64,000 nt of DNA from an uncultured Actinomycetes bacterium (GTDB lineage: Bacteria; Actinomycetota; UBA4738; HRBIN12), in NCBI GenBank assembly GCA_963700855.1, contig CAVOYV010000005.1:70206-134205 (forward strand), written 5' to 3'. The position numbers and the translations under genes are program-made. Shown in pieces: positions 17,284 to 25,160 of this stretch (positions are counted from its first letter, which is position 1; each line of letters begins with the position of its first letter). Under the pieces are notes generated by a model. That model was not told the DNA's origin. It saw only the letters and a list, made by a program, of their open reading frames with translations, and did no database searches.

Positions 17284-18702
17284 TCAGAGGCGTGGCTTGA
17301 ACCACGCTTCGACGTGAGTGCCACCTCCTGGGCTCGTTCGAACTTCTATTGATCCGCCAGTTGCTTCGGCTCTTTCTCCCATGAGATCGAGTCCGAAGTG
17401 CCGAACATCCCGATCGCGCTCTGGGTCAAATCCCTTGCCATTGTCGGAAACGGTTAGTGAAACCAAGCCGTCCGTACTCCTCAAATCTACCCATGCCTTG
17501 TCCGCGCCAGAGTGGCGCGCCACATTCGTGAGGGCCTCTCGCAGAACCTGATAGATGAGTAGCTCTACTGCTGGGTCGGCTCGCACCGAAGAATCGATGT
17601 CGGACGATATGTCGATCCCGGTCTCGTCATGTACATGAGCTACGAACAGAGATGCGGTTTCCACAAGGCCAGCGTGCCCAACCGGTGACTGCCGGAGACC
17701 GAAGATAACCTCACGAAGGAGAGCCGCGGCCTTCTCTGCCGTCTCGACGACAGCAGGCACGTCCTTCTCGAGATCCAGCAGACGGCCACTTCGGTAGTCC
17801 TGGCGAATGACATGGGCGTGGAGAGTCACTGTGTAGAGAGCCTGCAGCACGTCGTCGTGTAGAGCCTCGGAAATCCGATTCCTCTCGTCTCGCCGCTCAT
17901 CGGCGATGCGTTCGTCAACGCGCATGAGCGCGGCTCCCCTCCGCCGCAACTGCAAGCTGATCCGTTCAAGTCGGTGCGAGTTCAAGAAGACCTGCCTGGC
18001 CAAGGCCACAGGGGCCACAGCTGCGACCAGCGAAACTGGGCCTACGGCCGCGTAGGCTTCAGCAATGAGCAGCCCCGTCAGGGCGAAGCACAAGTAGTGC
18101 GCGGCGAACGCGCCAGGGGAACCGATGTACATCTCCTTGACGACGTCTCGGAGAGCCCGCCGATTGGACACCGACGAGAAGAGAGCAACGCTTGCGTAGT
18201 TGACTGCCGTGTCAGCCACGATAGCTGCGATGGCGGCAGCCAAGGAGACGGGCCACTGCCCAACCTCACCCCCAAGCCAGACGAAGGTGAAGCCAGCGGC
18301 TAGAACGCTAAGGCTCGTCTGTGAGTGATTCCACACTGCCTTTGACAATGCGATCCTCCCCCGCAACTCCGCCTGCGTCGTCGCAGCGACAAGCGCCACT
18401 GCTCCCGCCGGGATCGGGCCGAGAACGAAGGAACACGCGAGCAGAACGGGCAGATCCATCGACAGCGCGGGTCTCGTGCTTCCAAGCGAGACAGTCGCGA
18501 ATGCGGCCGCGGCAGTAGCCACCATCCAGATAGCCAGCTCCCCACCCGCGGCAGGACGCAGGCCCGGATTCAAGTAGACGCCAAGGAGGACGAGGGAAAC
18601 CGCTAGAACCGCACCGACCACGGCCATCAGTCGCACGGTCCAACTCTCCGGTGAGGGCGTTGGCTGTCCCTTGACTCTCGCGTGATCGGTCGTCGCCGAC
18701 AT
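17284..18702 (-). CDS. Membrane sensor histidine kinase, HisKA_3 (NarL-type) class, paralog 2
   Basis: Same architecture as kinase 1: polytopic N-terminus, H-box ALHDDVLQAL, N-box REALTNVARHSGA, DNGKGF, GLDLMGERAEATGGSIEVRTSPGGGTHVEAWF. The start at 18702 (MSATTDHARVKGQ) has GGGGGGAG 3 nt upstream. The maximal ORF extends to 18810. Confidence 0.8.
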   Translation of the reverse strand: MSATTDHARVKGQPTPSPESWTVRLMAVVGAVLAVSLVLLGVYLNPGLRPAAGGELAIWMVATAAAAFATVSLGSTRPALSMDLPVLLACSFVLGPIPAGAVALVAATTQAELRGRIALSKAVWNHSQTSLSVLAAGFTFVWLGGEVGQWPVSLAAAIAAIVADTAVNYASVALFSSVSNRRALRDVVKEMYIGSPGAFAAHYLCFALTGLLIAEAYAAVGPVSLVAAVAPVALARQVFLNSHRLERISLQLRRRGAALMRVDERIADERRDERNRISEALHDDVLQALYTVTLHAHVIRQDYRSGRLLDLEKDVPAVVETAEKAAALLREVIFGLRQSPVGHAGLVETASLFVAHVHDETGIDISSDIDSSVRADPAVELLIYQVLREALTNVARHSGADKAWVDLRSTDGLVSLTVSDNGKGFDPERDRDVRHFGLDLMGERAEATGGSIEVRTSPGGGTHVEAWFKPRL

Positions 18703-18833
18703 GTTCTCCCCCCTCGGTCGGCCCTGTGTGAGCAGCGCCTCGCCAGATGCGTTCTTGTAAAGCACGCGGTCGCTCACAGACAAGACCTCGGGGAGCAGAA
18801 AGAGCGACAAGTTCGGGCAGTACCATCGGCGGC

Positions 18834-19523
18834 ATGAAGCCCCGCGTGCTGCTCGTCGAGGACGAGGAGGCGATCTCCGAACCGCTCGCCGAACTCCTCG
18901 CTCGCGAGGGGTTCGATCCCGAGGTCGCGCCTACGCTCGACGCCGCCGGGCGAGCGCTCCACGCGAACCCACCGGACCTCGTGCTCCTCGACGTGATGCT
19001 GCCCGACGGCGACGGTCGCGAATTCGCCCGCGATATCCGCAAGACCTCGGACGTGCCGATCGTGATGCTCACCGCTCGGGGGGAGGAGATCGACCGGATC
19101 GTCGGCCTCGAGCTCGGCGCGGACGACTACGTCGTGAAGCCGTTCAGTGCCCGCGAGCTGATCGCGAGGATCCACGCGATCCAACGGCGCGGGCGGGGCA
19201 CGGCGCGCCGAGGCACGATCGAGATCGGCGATCTCCAGCTCGACCCGGCCGCCCGCACGTGCACCAAGGGAGGCCAACCGCTCGAGCTTGCCGCGAAGGA
19301 GTTCGATCTGCTCCACATGCTGATGACCGCAGCCGGCACGGTCCTGACCCGAGAGCAGATCATGGACGAGGTGTGGGACCCGCACTGGTTCGGACCGACG
19401 AAGACCCTCGATGTCCACGTCTCGTGGCTCCGGAAGAAGATCGAGGACGATCCCACGGCGCCTCGCTACATCACGACCGTGCGGGGTGTGGGGTTCCGGT
19501 TCGCAACCGTCGAGGACCTCTGA
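18834..19523 (+). CDS. OmpR/PhoB-family response regulator
   Basis: MKPRVLLVEDEEAI...DLVLLDVMLPDGDG...VVKPF is a receiver domain. LELAAKEFDLLHMLM...LDVHVSWLRKKIE...ITTVRGVGFRF is wHTH. Confidence 0.9.
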   Translation: MKPRVLLVEDEEAISEPLAELLAREGFDPEVAPTLDAAGRALHANPPDLVLLDVMLPDGDGREFARDIRKTSDVPIVMLTARGEEIDRIVGLELGADDYVVKPFSARELIARIHAIQRRGRGTARRGTIEIGDLQLDPAARTCTKGGQPLELAAKEFDLLHMLMTAAGTVLTREQIMDEVWDPHWFGPTKTLDVHVSWLRKKIEDDPTAPRYITTVRGVGFRFATVEDL

Positions 19524-19557
19524 GCGGGCTGGCTGGGCAGGAAGGAGACGGGACCCG

Positions 19558-20955
19558 ATGCGTCCGATGCGGCTCCGATCCCGGCTCGTGCTCGCCTTCG
19601 CCTACATCCTGCTCGCGGTGCTCGTCGCGCTCACCGTGCCCCTCGCCGTCAACCTCGCACGCCGCGATCAGGCCCGCCTCGAGACCGACACCCTCCTGAC
19701 GGCGCAGACGCTCGCCGCCTACGTGGGCGCCGAGAACCTCACGGACCTCGATCGCCTCCAGGTGATCGCCGACGCCGCCCCACCGGAGATCGAGCGTGTC
19801 GTGATCATGGGCCTCGACGGCGTCGTGGTCTACGACTCCTCGGGAGGGTCGGTCGGCGCCAACTTCGCGAACGGGCGCCGTCCCGAGGTCGACGAGGCGC
19901 TGCGAGGCTCCCCGAACGCCGAGGTCCGCTACAGCCAGACCGAGGCGCGGAACATCCTGGTGGCCGCCGCGCCGATCATCGACGAAGCTCAGGTCGGTGC
20001 GATCCGGCTCACCCGCGACTTCACCGAGGTCGACGATGCTCGGCGGCAGAGCGTCATCGGGCTGAGCGCGATCGGGGTCGCGGCGCTCGGCGCGGGGGTC
20101 TTGATCGCGTTCGGTCTGGCCGGATCGCTCAGCGAGCCGATCCAGCGGCTCGCGACGACCGCGCGCCGGCTCGGGGGTGGTGATCTCTCCGCCCGCACCG
20201 GCGATGTCGCCGGCAGCGCGGAGGTTCAGGAGCTGGCCGGCTCCTTCGACGAGATGGCCGACCGGCTCGAGCGCGCGGTTCAGGCGCAACGCGAGTTCGT
20301 GGCGAACGCCTCGCATCAGCTCAGGACCCCGCTCACGGGGATGAAGCTGCGGCTCGAGACGGCGGCAGCCGACGCGCCGCCGGGCGACCTCCGCCACCAG
20401 ATCGAGGCGGCGGAACGGGAGGTGGACCGGCTCTCGGCGATCGTGGACCGACTGCTCGCGGTGTCACGCGACATCGAGCGTGGCGTGCCGACCGAGGTCG
20501 AGCTGGGCGACGCCGTCCGCCGCGCGGTCGATCGGTGGTCGGAGCGGGCCAAGCGTAGGGACAGCACCTTGGTCGTCGCCGGACGAACCGCCGCCGTTCA
20601 GGCGAACCCCACCGACGTCGACCAGATCCTCGACAACCTGCTCGACAACGCCCTCGCCTACGCCCCGGGCACGGTCGAGATCGAGACGGGGACGTCGGAT
20701 GGGCGCGCGTGGCTGAGCGTCCGCGACCACGGACCCGGCATCCCCGCGGCGGAACACGAACGCGTCCTCGAGCGCTTCTCCCGGGGGCAGGCCGCCCCGC
20801 CGGGCGGTTCCGGGCTCGGCCTGGCGATCGCTCGAGAGCTGGCGCAGAAGTGGGGCGGTGACCTGACGATCTCCGATCCCCCGGACGGTGGCACATCGAT
20901 CAGGGTCCAGCTCCGGACCGCGACCGAGCCCCACCCACCCGAGGAGAGCCCATGA
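19558..20955 (+). CDS. Sensor histidine kinase (2 TM, HAMP, HisKA, HATPase_c), partner of the OmpR-type regulator
   Basis: MRPMRLRSRLVLAFAYILLAVLVALTV (TM1), H-box FVANASHQLRTPLTG, N-box LDNLLDNALAYAP, DHGPGIP, GGSGLGLAIAREL. GGAGA lies upstream of the ATG at 19558. Confidence 0.85.
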   Translation: MRPMRLRSRLVLAFAYILLAVLVALTVPLAVNLARRDQARLETDTLLTAQTLAAYVGAENLTDLDRLQVIADAAPPEIERVVIMGLDGVVVYDSSGGSVGANFANGRRPEVDEALRGSPNAEVRYSQTEARNILVAAAPIIDEAQVGAIRLTRDFTEVDDARRQSVIGLSAIGVAALGAGVLIAFGLAGSLSEPIQRLATTARRLGGGDLSARTGDVAGSAEVQELAGSFDEMADRLERAVQAQREFVANASHQLRTPLTGMKLRLETAAADAPPGDLRHQIEAAEREVDRLSAIVDRLLAVSRDIERGVPTEVELGDAVRRAVDRWSERAKRRDSTLVVAGRTAAVQANPTDVDQILDNLLDNALAYAPGTVEIETGTSDGRAWLSVRDHGPGIPAAEHERVLERFSRGQAAPPGGSGLGLAIARELAQKWGGDLTISDPPDGGTSIRVQLRTATEPHPPEESP

Positions 20956-21557
20956 CCCCCGTGCCCGTACGCGTCTGGATCGACCCCTCATGTCCCTGGG
21001 TATGGCAGGCGCACCGTTGGCTCCACGACCTCACGCAACAGGGCGAGATCGAGCTCGACTACGCCTTCTTCTCCCTCGAGCTGAACGCGTCCGAGGACCG
21101 CGCGTCCTTCGAGGGGGCGGCACCGCGATACGGCCGCGCGCTCACCGCGCTCGCGTTCGCACGCCGCGAGGGAGGATCACCCGCGGTCACGGCCCTGTAC
21201 GTCGCCCTCGGCTCCCGGCTCCATGAACGGAAGCGCGAGATGGACGACGGGCTCCTCCTGGAGGCGGCCCACGAGGCCGGCCTCGCCGACCTCGCGGGCG
21301 CACCCGACCTCGGGGACGCCCTGATCGAGGAGTTCCACGCGGCGCGTGCCCTCGACGTGTTCGGCGTCCCCACGCTGCAGGTGGCCCAGACCAAGACGAT
21401 GTACGGACCGATCCTGGCGGTCGGACCGACCGGTGAGGACGGCCTCGCCCTGTGGCACGCGGTCGTGGCCCTGCTGGAGCGCGACGTCTTCTTCGAGCTG
21501 AAGCGCTGGCCTCGGGACGTGCGGCCCGGGGGGCTGCCGACCGGCCCCGGCCCTTAA
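20952..21557 (+). CDS. DsbA-family thioredoxin-fold protein with a single-Cys CPWVW motif
   Basis: VWIDPSCPWVWQAHRW resembles the FrnE/DsbA-like CPWC(W/Y) motif, but the second Cys is Val. The ATGA overlap with the kinase stop suggests co-translation. Confidence 0.65.
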   Translation: MTPVPVRVWIDPSCPWVWQAHRWLHDLTQQGEIELDYAFFSLELNASEDRASFEGAAPRYGRALTALAFARREGGSPAVTALYVALGSRLHERKREMDDGLLLEAAHEAGLADLAGAPDLGDALIEEFHAARALDVFGVPTLQVAQTKTMYGPILAVGPTGEDGLALWHAVVALLERDVFFELKRWPRDVRPGGLPTGPGP

Positions 21558-21592
21558 CCGGCTCTTGGGATGACCGGCGCTACGGTGTCGGC

Positions 21593-21937
21593 ATGAAGGG
21601 AGCGTCGCGAGCGGTGCTGTGGTCGGTCTTCGGGGTGCTCGTCGGCATCGCGCTGTCGATGGGGGTCGCCGCGATCGCCGATCCCGGCACCGACGATCCG
21701 GCTGCCGAGGTGACGATCTCGGTCCCCAGCGCGAGCGCCTCGCCCGAGCGCACACCGGAACCGAAGACCACCGACGACCCGACCCGCACACCCTCGCCCA
21801 CCGAGAAGCCGCCGTCGCCGAGCCCTCGACCCACGTCCGCCACGACCGCCCCGAGCCCCTCGGACGACGACGGGGATGACGGGGACGATGAGCACGACGG
21901 GGACGATGAAGACGACCACGACGACGAGGACGACTGA
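21593..21937 (+). CDS. Small membrane-anchored protein with a Pro/Thr/Ser-rich linker and an Asp/Glu/His-rich tail
   Basis: MKGASRAVLWSVFGVLVGIALSMGVAAIA is a TM anchor. It is followed by PERTPEPKTTDDPTRTPSPTEKPPSPSPRPTS and then DDDGDDGDDEHDGDDEDDHDDEDD. Confidence 0.5.
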   Translation: MKGASRAVLWSVFGVLVGIALSMGVAAIADPGTDDPAAEVTISVPSASASPERTPEPKTTDDPTRTPSPTEKPPSPSPRPTSATTAPSPSDDDGDDGDDEHDGDDEDDHDDEDD

Positions 21938-21979
21938 GCCGGCCCCCTCACCCGTGAAGCCAGGTACCATCGCTGCAGC

Positions 21980-22075
21980 AACCGAAGGGGAGTATCCCCT
22001 CGATCCGTCGTCGTCAATACGGCCTTCCAGCCCGGCGATGTGATGGCCGCACCGGCCGGGAGAGACCTTCGGGAA
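21980..22075 (+). promoter_or_regulatory. Probable yybP-ykoY (Mn2+) riboswitch in the TerC leader
   Basis: GAAGGGGAGTA (21984-21994), GTCGTCAATAC (about 22010-22020) and GGGAGAGACCTTC (22058-22070) match the conserved GGGGAGUA / GUCGUCAAU / AGACCUU elements I recall from the L. lactis and B. subtilis representatives. GAAGG (21984-21988) can pair with CCTTC (22066-22070) as P1. It lies directly upstream of a TerC gene, the classic context. Confidence 0.6.
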
Positions 22076-22118
22076 GGAAAGGCGGCGGAGCCGCCCCTGA
22101 CCGAAGGAGCAAGGCCGA

Positions 22119-23135
22119 GTGCAGATCGAGCCGTGGATGTGGGCAGCGTTCGTCGGATTCATCCTCGCGATGCTGACCCTGGACCTCTTCGTTGTCCACA
22201 AGGACGCCCACGAGGTGTCGTTCCGTGAGGCGGCGACCTGGAGCGTCATCTGGGTCGCGCTCGGGCTGTCGTTCGGCGTCCTGATCTGGGTCTGGCAGGG
22301 TCCGGAGCTGGCAGGTGAGTACCTCGCGGGCTACCTGATCGAGAAGAGCCTCTCGGTCGACAACATCTTCGTGTTCGCGCTCGTGTTCGGGTACTTCGCG
22401 GTGCCGCAGAAGTACCAGCACCGGGTGCTGTTCTGGGGGATCCTCGGCGCGCTCGTGTTCCGCGCGATCTTCATCTTCGCGGGCACCGAGCTGCTCGACC
22501 GGTTCCACTGGATGATCTTCGTGTTCGGAGGCTTCCTGGTCTTCACGGGGATCAAGATGCTCCGCCACCGCGACGAGCACGTGGACCCGGGGCGCAACCC
22601 GGTCCTGCGACTGATGAAGCGGTTCATCCCCACGACCGACGAGTACGTGGGTCAGAAGCTCTTCGTGCGTCAGGCCGGCCGACGGCTGGCGACCCCGCTG
22701 TTCGCGGTCCTGGTCGTGATCGAGACGACCGACATCATCTTCGCGGTCGACTCGATCCCGGCGATCTTGGCCGTGACCGAAGAACCGTTCCTCGTGTTCA
22801 CCTCGAACGCGTTCGCGATCTTGGGGCTCCGGGCCTTGTACTTCCTGCTCGCCGGGATGATGGACCGCTTCGCCTACCTGAAGCTCGGGCTGGCGGCCGT
22901 GTTGATCTTCGTCGGCGTGAAGATGCTGATCACCGACATCTACCACGTGCCGATCTGGGCCAGTCTGACCGTGATCGGGGTCACGATCGGGGTCTCGATC
23001 GTCGCCTCGCTGCGCAGGCCCCCGCCGGCGGGCGAGCCCATCGGTCACGGCGTGCCCTTGATGCTGCCAACCAGCCCTGACGGCGATGGCCCTTCCGGTG
23101 AAGGCGGCATCCGTGAGAGCATGCGGGAGCGATGA
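22119..23135 (+). CDS. TerC-family integral membrane protein (putative Mn2+/metal exporter)
   Basis: YLIEKSLSVDNIFVFALVF and DIIFAVDSIPAILAVT are the duplicated TerC signature. GTG start with GAAGGAG 9 nt upstream. Confidence 0.9.
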   Translation: MQIEPWMWAAFVGFILAMLTLDLFVVHKDAHEVSFREAATWSVIWVALGLSFGVLIWVWQGPELAGEYLAGYLIEKSLSVDNIFVFALVFGYFAVPQKYQHRVLFWGILGALVFRAIFIFAGTELLDRFHWMIFVFGGFLVFTGIKMLRHRDEHVDPGRNPVLRLMKRFIPTTDEYVGQKLFVRQAGRRLATPLFAVLVVIETTDIIFAVDSIPAILAVTEEPFLVFTSNAFAILGLRALYFLLAGMMDRFAYLKLGLAAVLIFVGVKMLITDIYHVPIWASLTVIGVTIGVSIVASLRRPPPAGEPIGHGVPLMLPTSPDGDGPSGEGGIRESMRER

Positions 23136-23638
23136 GGGAGGAACAGCCCAGGGCTGAGGGGGCCGGGCCGGATCCCGACGACGACCCGTCGTCGTTGCAC
23201 CTCGCCGGACGGCATGAGGTGTGGGGGGACGACCCGGAGGAGATCGCGGCGAGCCGCGTCGTCGACGAGTTCGCCGGCGACGAGGAGGTCCAGCGCCGCT
23301 GGCACGACCATGCCGCGTTCGCGCCGATCAAGGTCGTGGCGCGGTTCATCCGCCAGAGCGGCAAGCGCATCGCGGTCACGATCGTCGGGTTCACGGTGCT
23401 CGTGCTGGGCGTGGCGATGCTCGTCCTCCCCGGCCCCGGTCTCGTTCTGATCATCGTCGGGCTCGGCATCTTGTCGAGCGAGTACGTGTGGGCGCAGCGG
23501 CTCCTCCGCAAGGCGAAGGAGAAGGCCGAGCAAGCGAAGGACACCGTCCTGCGCCGCAACAACGACACGCCCGACGATGACACCGCGGTCGACGGCACCG
23601 CGATCGAGGAACCGCACGACGATGGCACGACGACCTAA
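23132..23638 (+). CDS. PGPGW-domain membrane protein
   Basis: VTIVGFTVLVLGVAMLVLPGPGLVLIIVGLGILSSEYVWAQRLL. ATGA overlap with the TerC stop. Confidence 0.7.
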   Translation: MREEQPRAEGAGPDPDDDPSSLHLAGRHEVWGDDPEEIAASRVVDEFAGDEEVQRRWHDHAAFAPIKVVARFIRQSGKRIAVTIVGFTVLVLGVAMLVLPGPGLVLIIVGLGILSSEYVWAQRLLRKAKEKAEQAKDTVLRRNNDTPDDDTAVDGTAIEEPHDDGTTT

Positions 23639-23879
23639 CCCTGGCCCATGGGCCGCATCCTCCTGGGCACGTCGAATGAGTCGCCAGTGATCCCACTCAG
23701 CGCTGTGCCCGATCCATCCGGAACAGAAGGACCTGAAGCGCGTCGCGGTCGGCCGTTGGAGAACACGATGCTGCCGCGACGAGAGCGAGGGCGTTCCGCT
23801 CCGAGGCGCGAACCTCGACCATAGAAAGGCCTCATCGGGCCGTGAGCACCGCGAGCTCCATGAGGACTAGTCTCCTCTC

Positions 23880-24605
23880 GTGCAGGTCGATCGCGTCACC
23901 GCCTCGAAGACATCGGCGCTCGATGCAGCGCGCTTCCTGTCGGTCGGCGTCGCCACTGGTTTCATCGCCGGCTTGCTGATCGGCGGGGTGGGCGGGCGGC
24001 TCGCGATGCTCGTGCTTCGCCTTACGTCCGATCCGGCCCTGCACGGCATGCTCACCGATGACGAGTTCACGATCGGGGTCGTCAGCGGCGAGACGTTCTT
24101 CCTCCTCGCGGCCACGGCGCTCGTCGGCGCGATCGGGGGTGTGCTGTACCTCATCGCGCGCACGTGGGTTCCGCGGCGCGCCCGGGGCTGGGCCAGCGCC
24201 GTCGTCTTCGGATCGATCGGCGCGGCGTTCTCGATCCGCCCCGGAGGGATCGACTTCACGTTGCTGTCGCCGATCCCGCTCGCCGCGGTCATGTTCGTCG
24301 CCCTGCCGGTCGCGTACGGCCTCGTCCTCTCATGGGCGATCGAGCGTGCGCTCGAGCGCCCGGCGTCGAACCGCATCGCGGTGTTCCTCGGACTTCTGCC
24401 TCTCGCCCCGCTCGCGTTGCTCGGGGGCATCGGCGCCGTGATCGCCTTCGGCGCCATCGTGGTCTGGGAGATGGAAAGGAGCGCACCCCGGGTCGCCGCG
24501 ATGTGGCATTCGGCGCCGGTCGTATGGGCGGGCCGCGCCCTGTTGCTGATCGTGGCCGTGCGCTTCTTCTTCGAGGCTGCCAGCGACACGCTCGAGGTGC
24601 TTTGA
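23880..24605 (+). CDS. Polytopic membrane protein, function unknown
   Basis: 241-aa ORF with 6-7 hydrophobic helices and no recognisable motif. Confidence 0.55.
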   Translation: MQVDRVTASKTSALDAARFLSVGVATGFIAGLLIGGVGGRLAMLVLRLTSDPALHGMLTDDEFTIGVVSGETFFLLAATALVGAIGGVLYLIARTWVPRRARGWASAVVFGSIGAAFSIRPGGIDFTLLSPIPLAAVMFVALPVAYGLVLSWAIERALERPASNRIAVFLGLLPLAPLALLGGIGAVIAFGAIVVWEMERSAPRVAAMWHSAPVVWAGRALLLIVAVRFFFEAASDTLEVL

Positions 24606-24671
24606 CGCCGACCGTCAAGATCGGGACGTCGATCTGTTCGCCGGTTATCCGACGGAGGAGGTGCCCTCTGA

Positions 24672-25111
24672 CTACCAGAGCTGCGCCTCGGACCCGTGGA
24701 AGAGCCACCACTTCCAACCGTCCGGCGTGCGACGAAGAACACCGGCGAGGCGATACCGAGTCTTGCGTTGGGACTCTGCCATCACGAGTTCAGACACTCC
24801 GACTCGCACGACGATCGCCGTGTCTCCGCGGATGGTGACGCGGTACGGCTCCGGGAACTCCAAGGACCAGGACACGATACGAGGGCCGACCTCAGCCCAG
24901 AGAGAGCGCATGACCGGAACGATCGCCGCGGTCCTTCGCACTCTTCGTCTTCGCCCGATCCGATGAACATGAAGTCTTCCGTGCAGAGGCGCGCTGCCGA
25001 CTCGTAGTCGTGCCGGTCCCAGGCGTCATCGAACGCCCGAACACACTCCATGACGCGAGACTCGTCCGAAGCCACGGTCCCTTCCCCGTCAGCATCCATG
25101 GACGACATCAT
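24672..25111 (-). pseudogene. NTF2/SnoaL-like (DUF4440-like) small protein, one frame break at about 24945
   Basis: N-terminal piece MMSSMDADGEGTVASDESRVMECVRAFDDAWDRHDYESAARLCTEDFMFIGSGEDEE. C-terminal piece ...AIVPVMRSLWAEVGPRIVSWSLEFPEPYRVTIRGDTAIVVRVGVSELV...LAGVLRRTPDGWKWWLFHGSEA. The total length of 440 nt is not a multiple of 3. Confidence 0.55.
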
Positions 25112-25160
25112 GCTCCAGTCGAGGAGCGGTCCGTCGCAGCCGAACCCGTAGGCTGGTCGC

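Noticed and set aside
10568-18833. Calling the lower-GC block a mobile element or genomic island with defined ends.
   Set aside because: There is no integrase, transposase or recombinase, no flanking tRNA, and no terminal direct or inverted repeats that I could find. Only the compositional shift is supported.
20980-21010. Possible selenoprotein or CxxU redox motif in the DsbA-like protein.
   Set aside because: The motif reads tgt ccc tgg gta tgg (C-P-W-V-W). There is no in-frame TGA, so it is simply a single-Cys variant.
23635-23879. The 240-nt gap after the PGPGW gene, containing ORF 23635..23835 (-), 66 aa.
   Set aside because: The translation is Arg/Gly/Ser-rich with no SD or motif. No convincing RNA structure or repeat was seen, so it is left unannotated.
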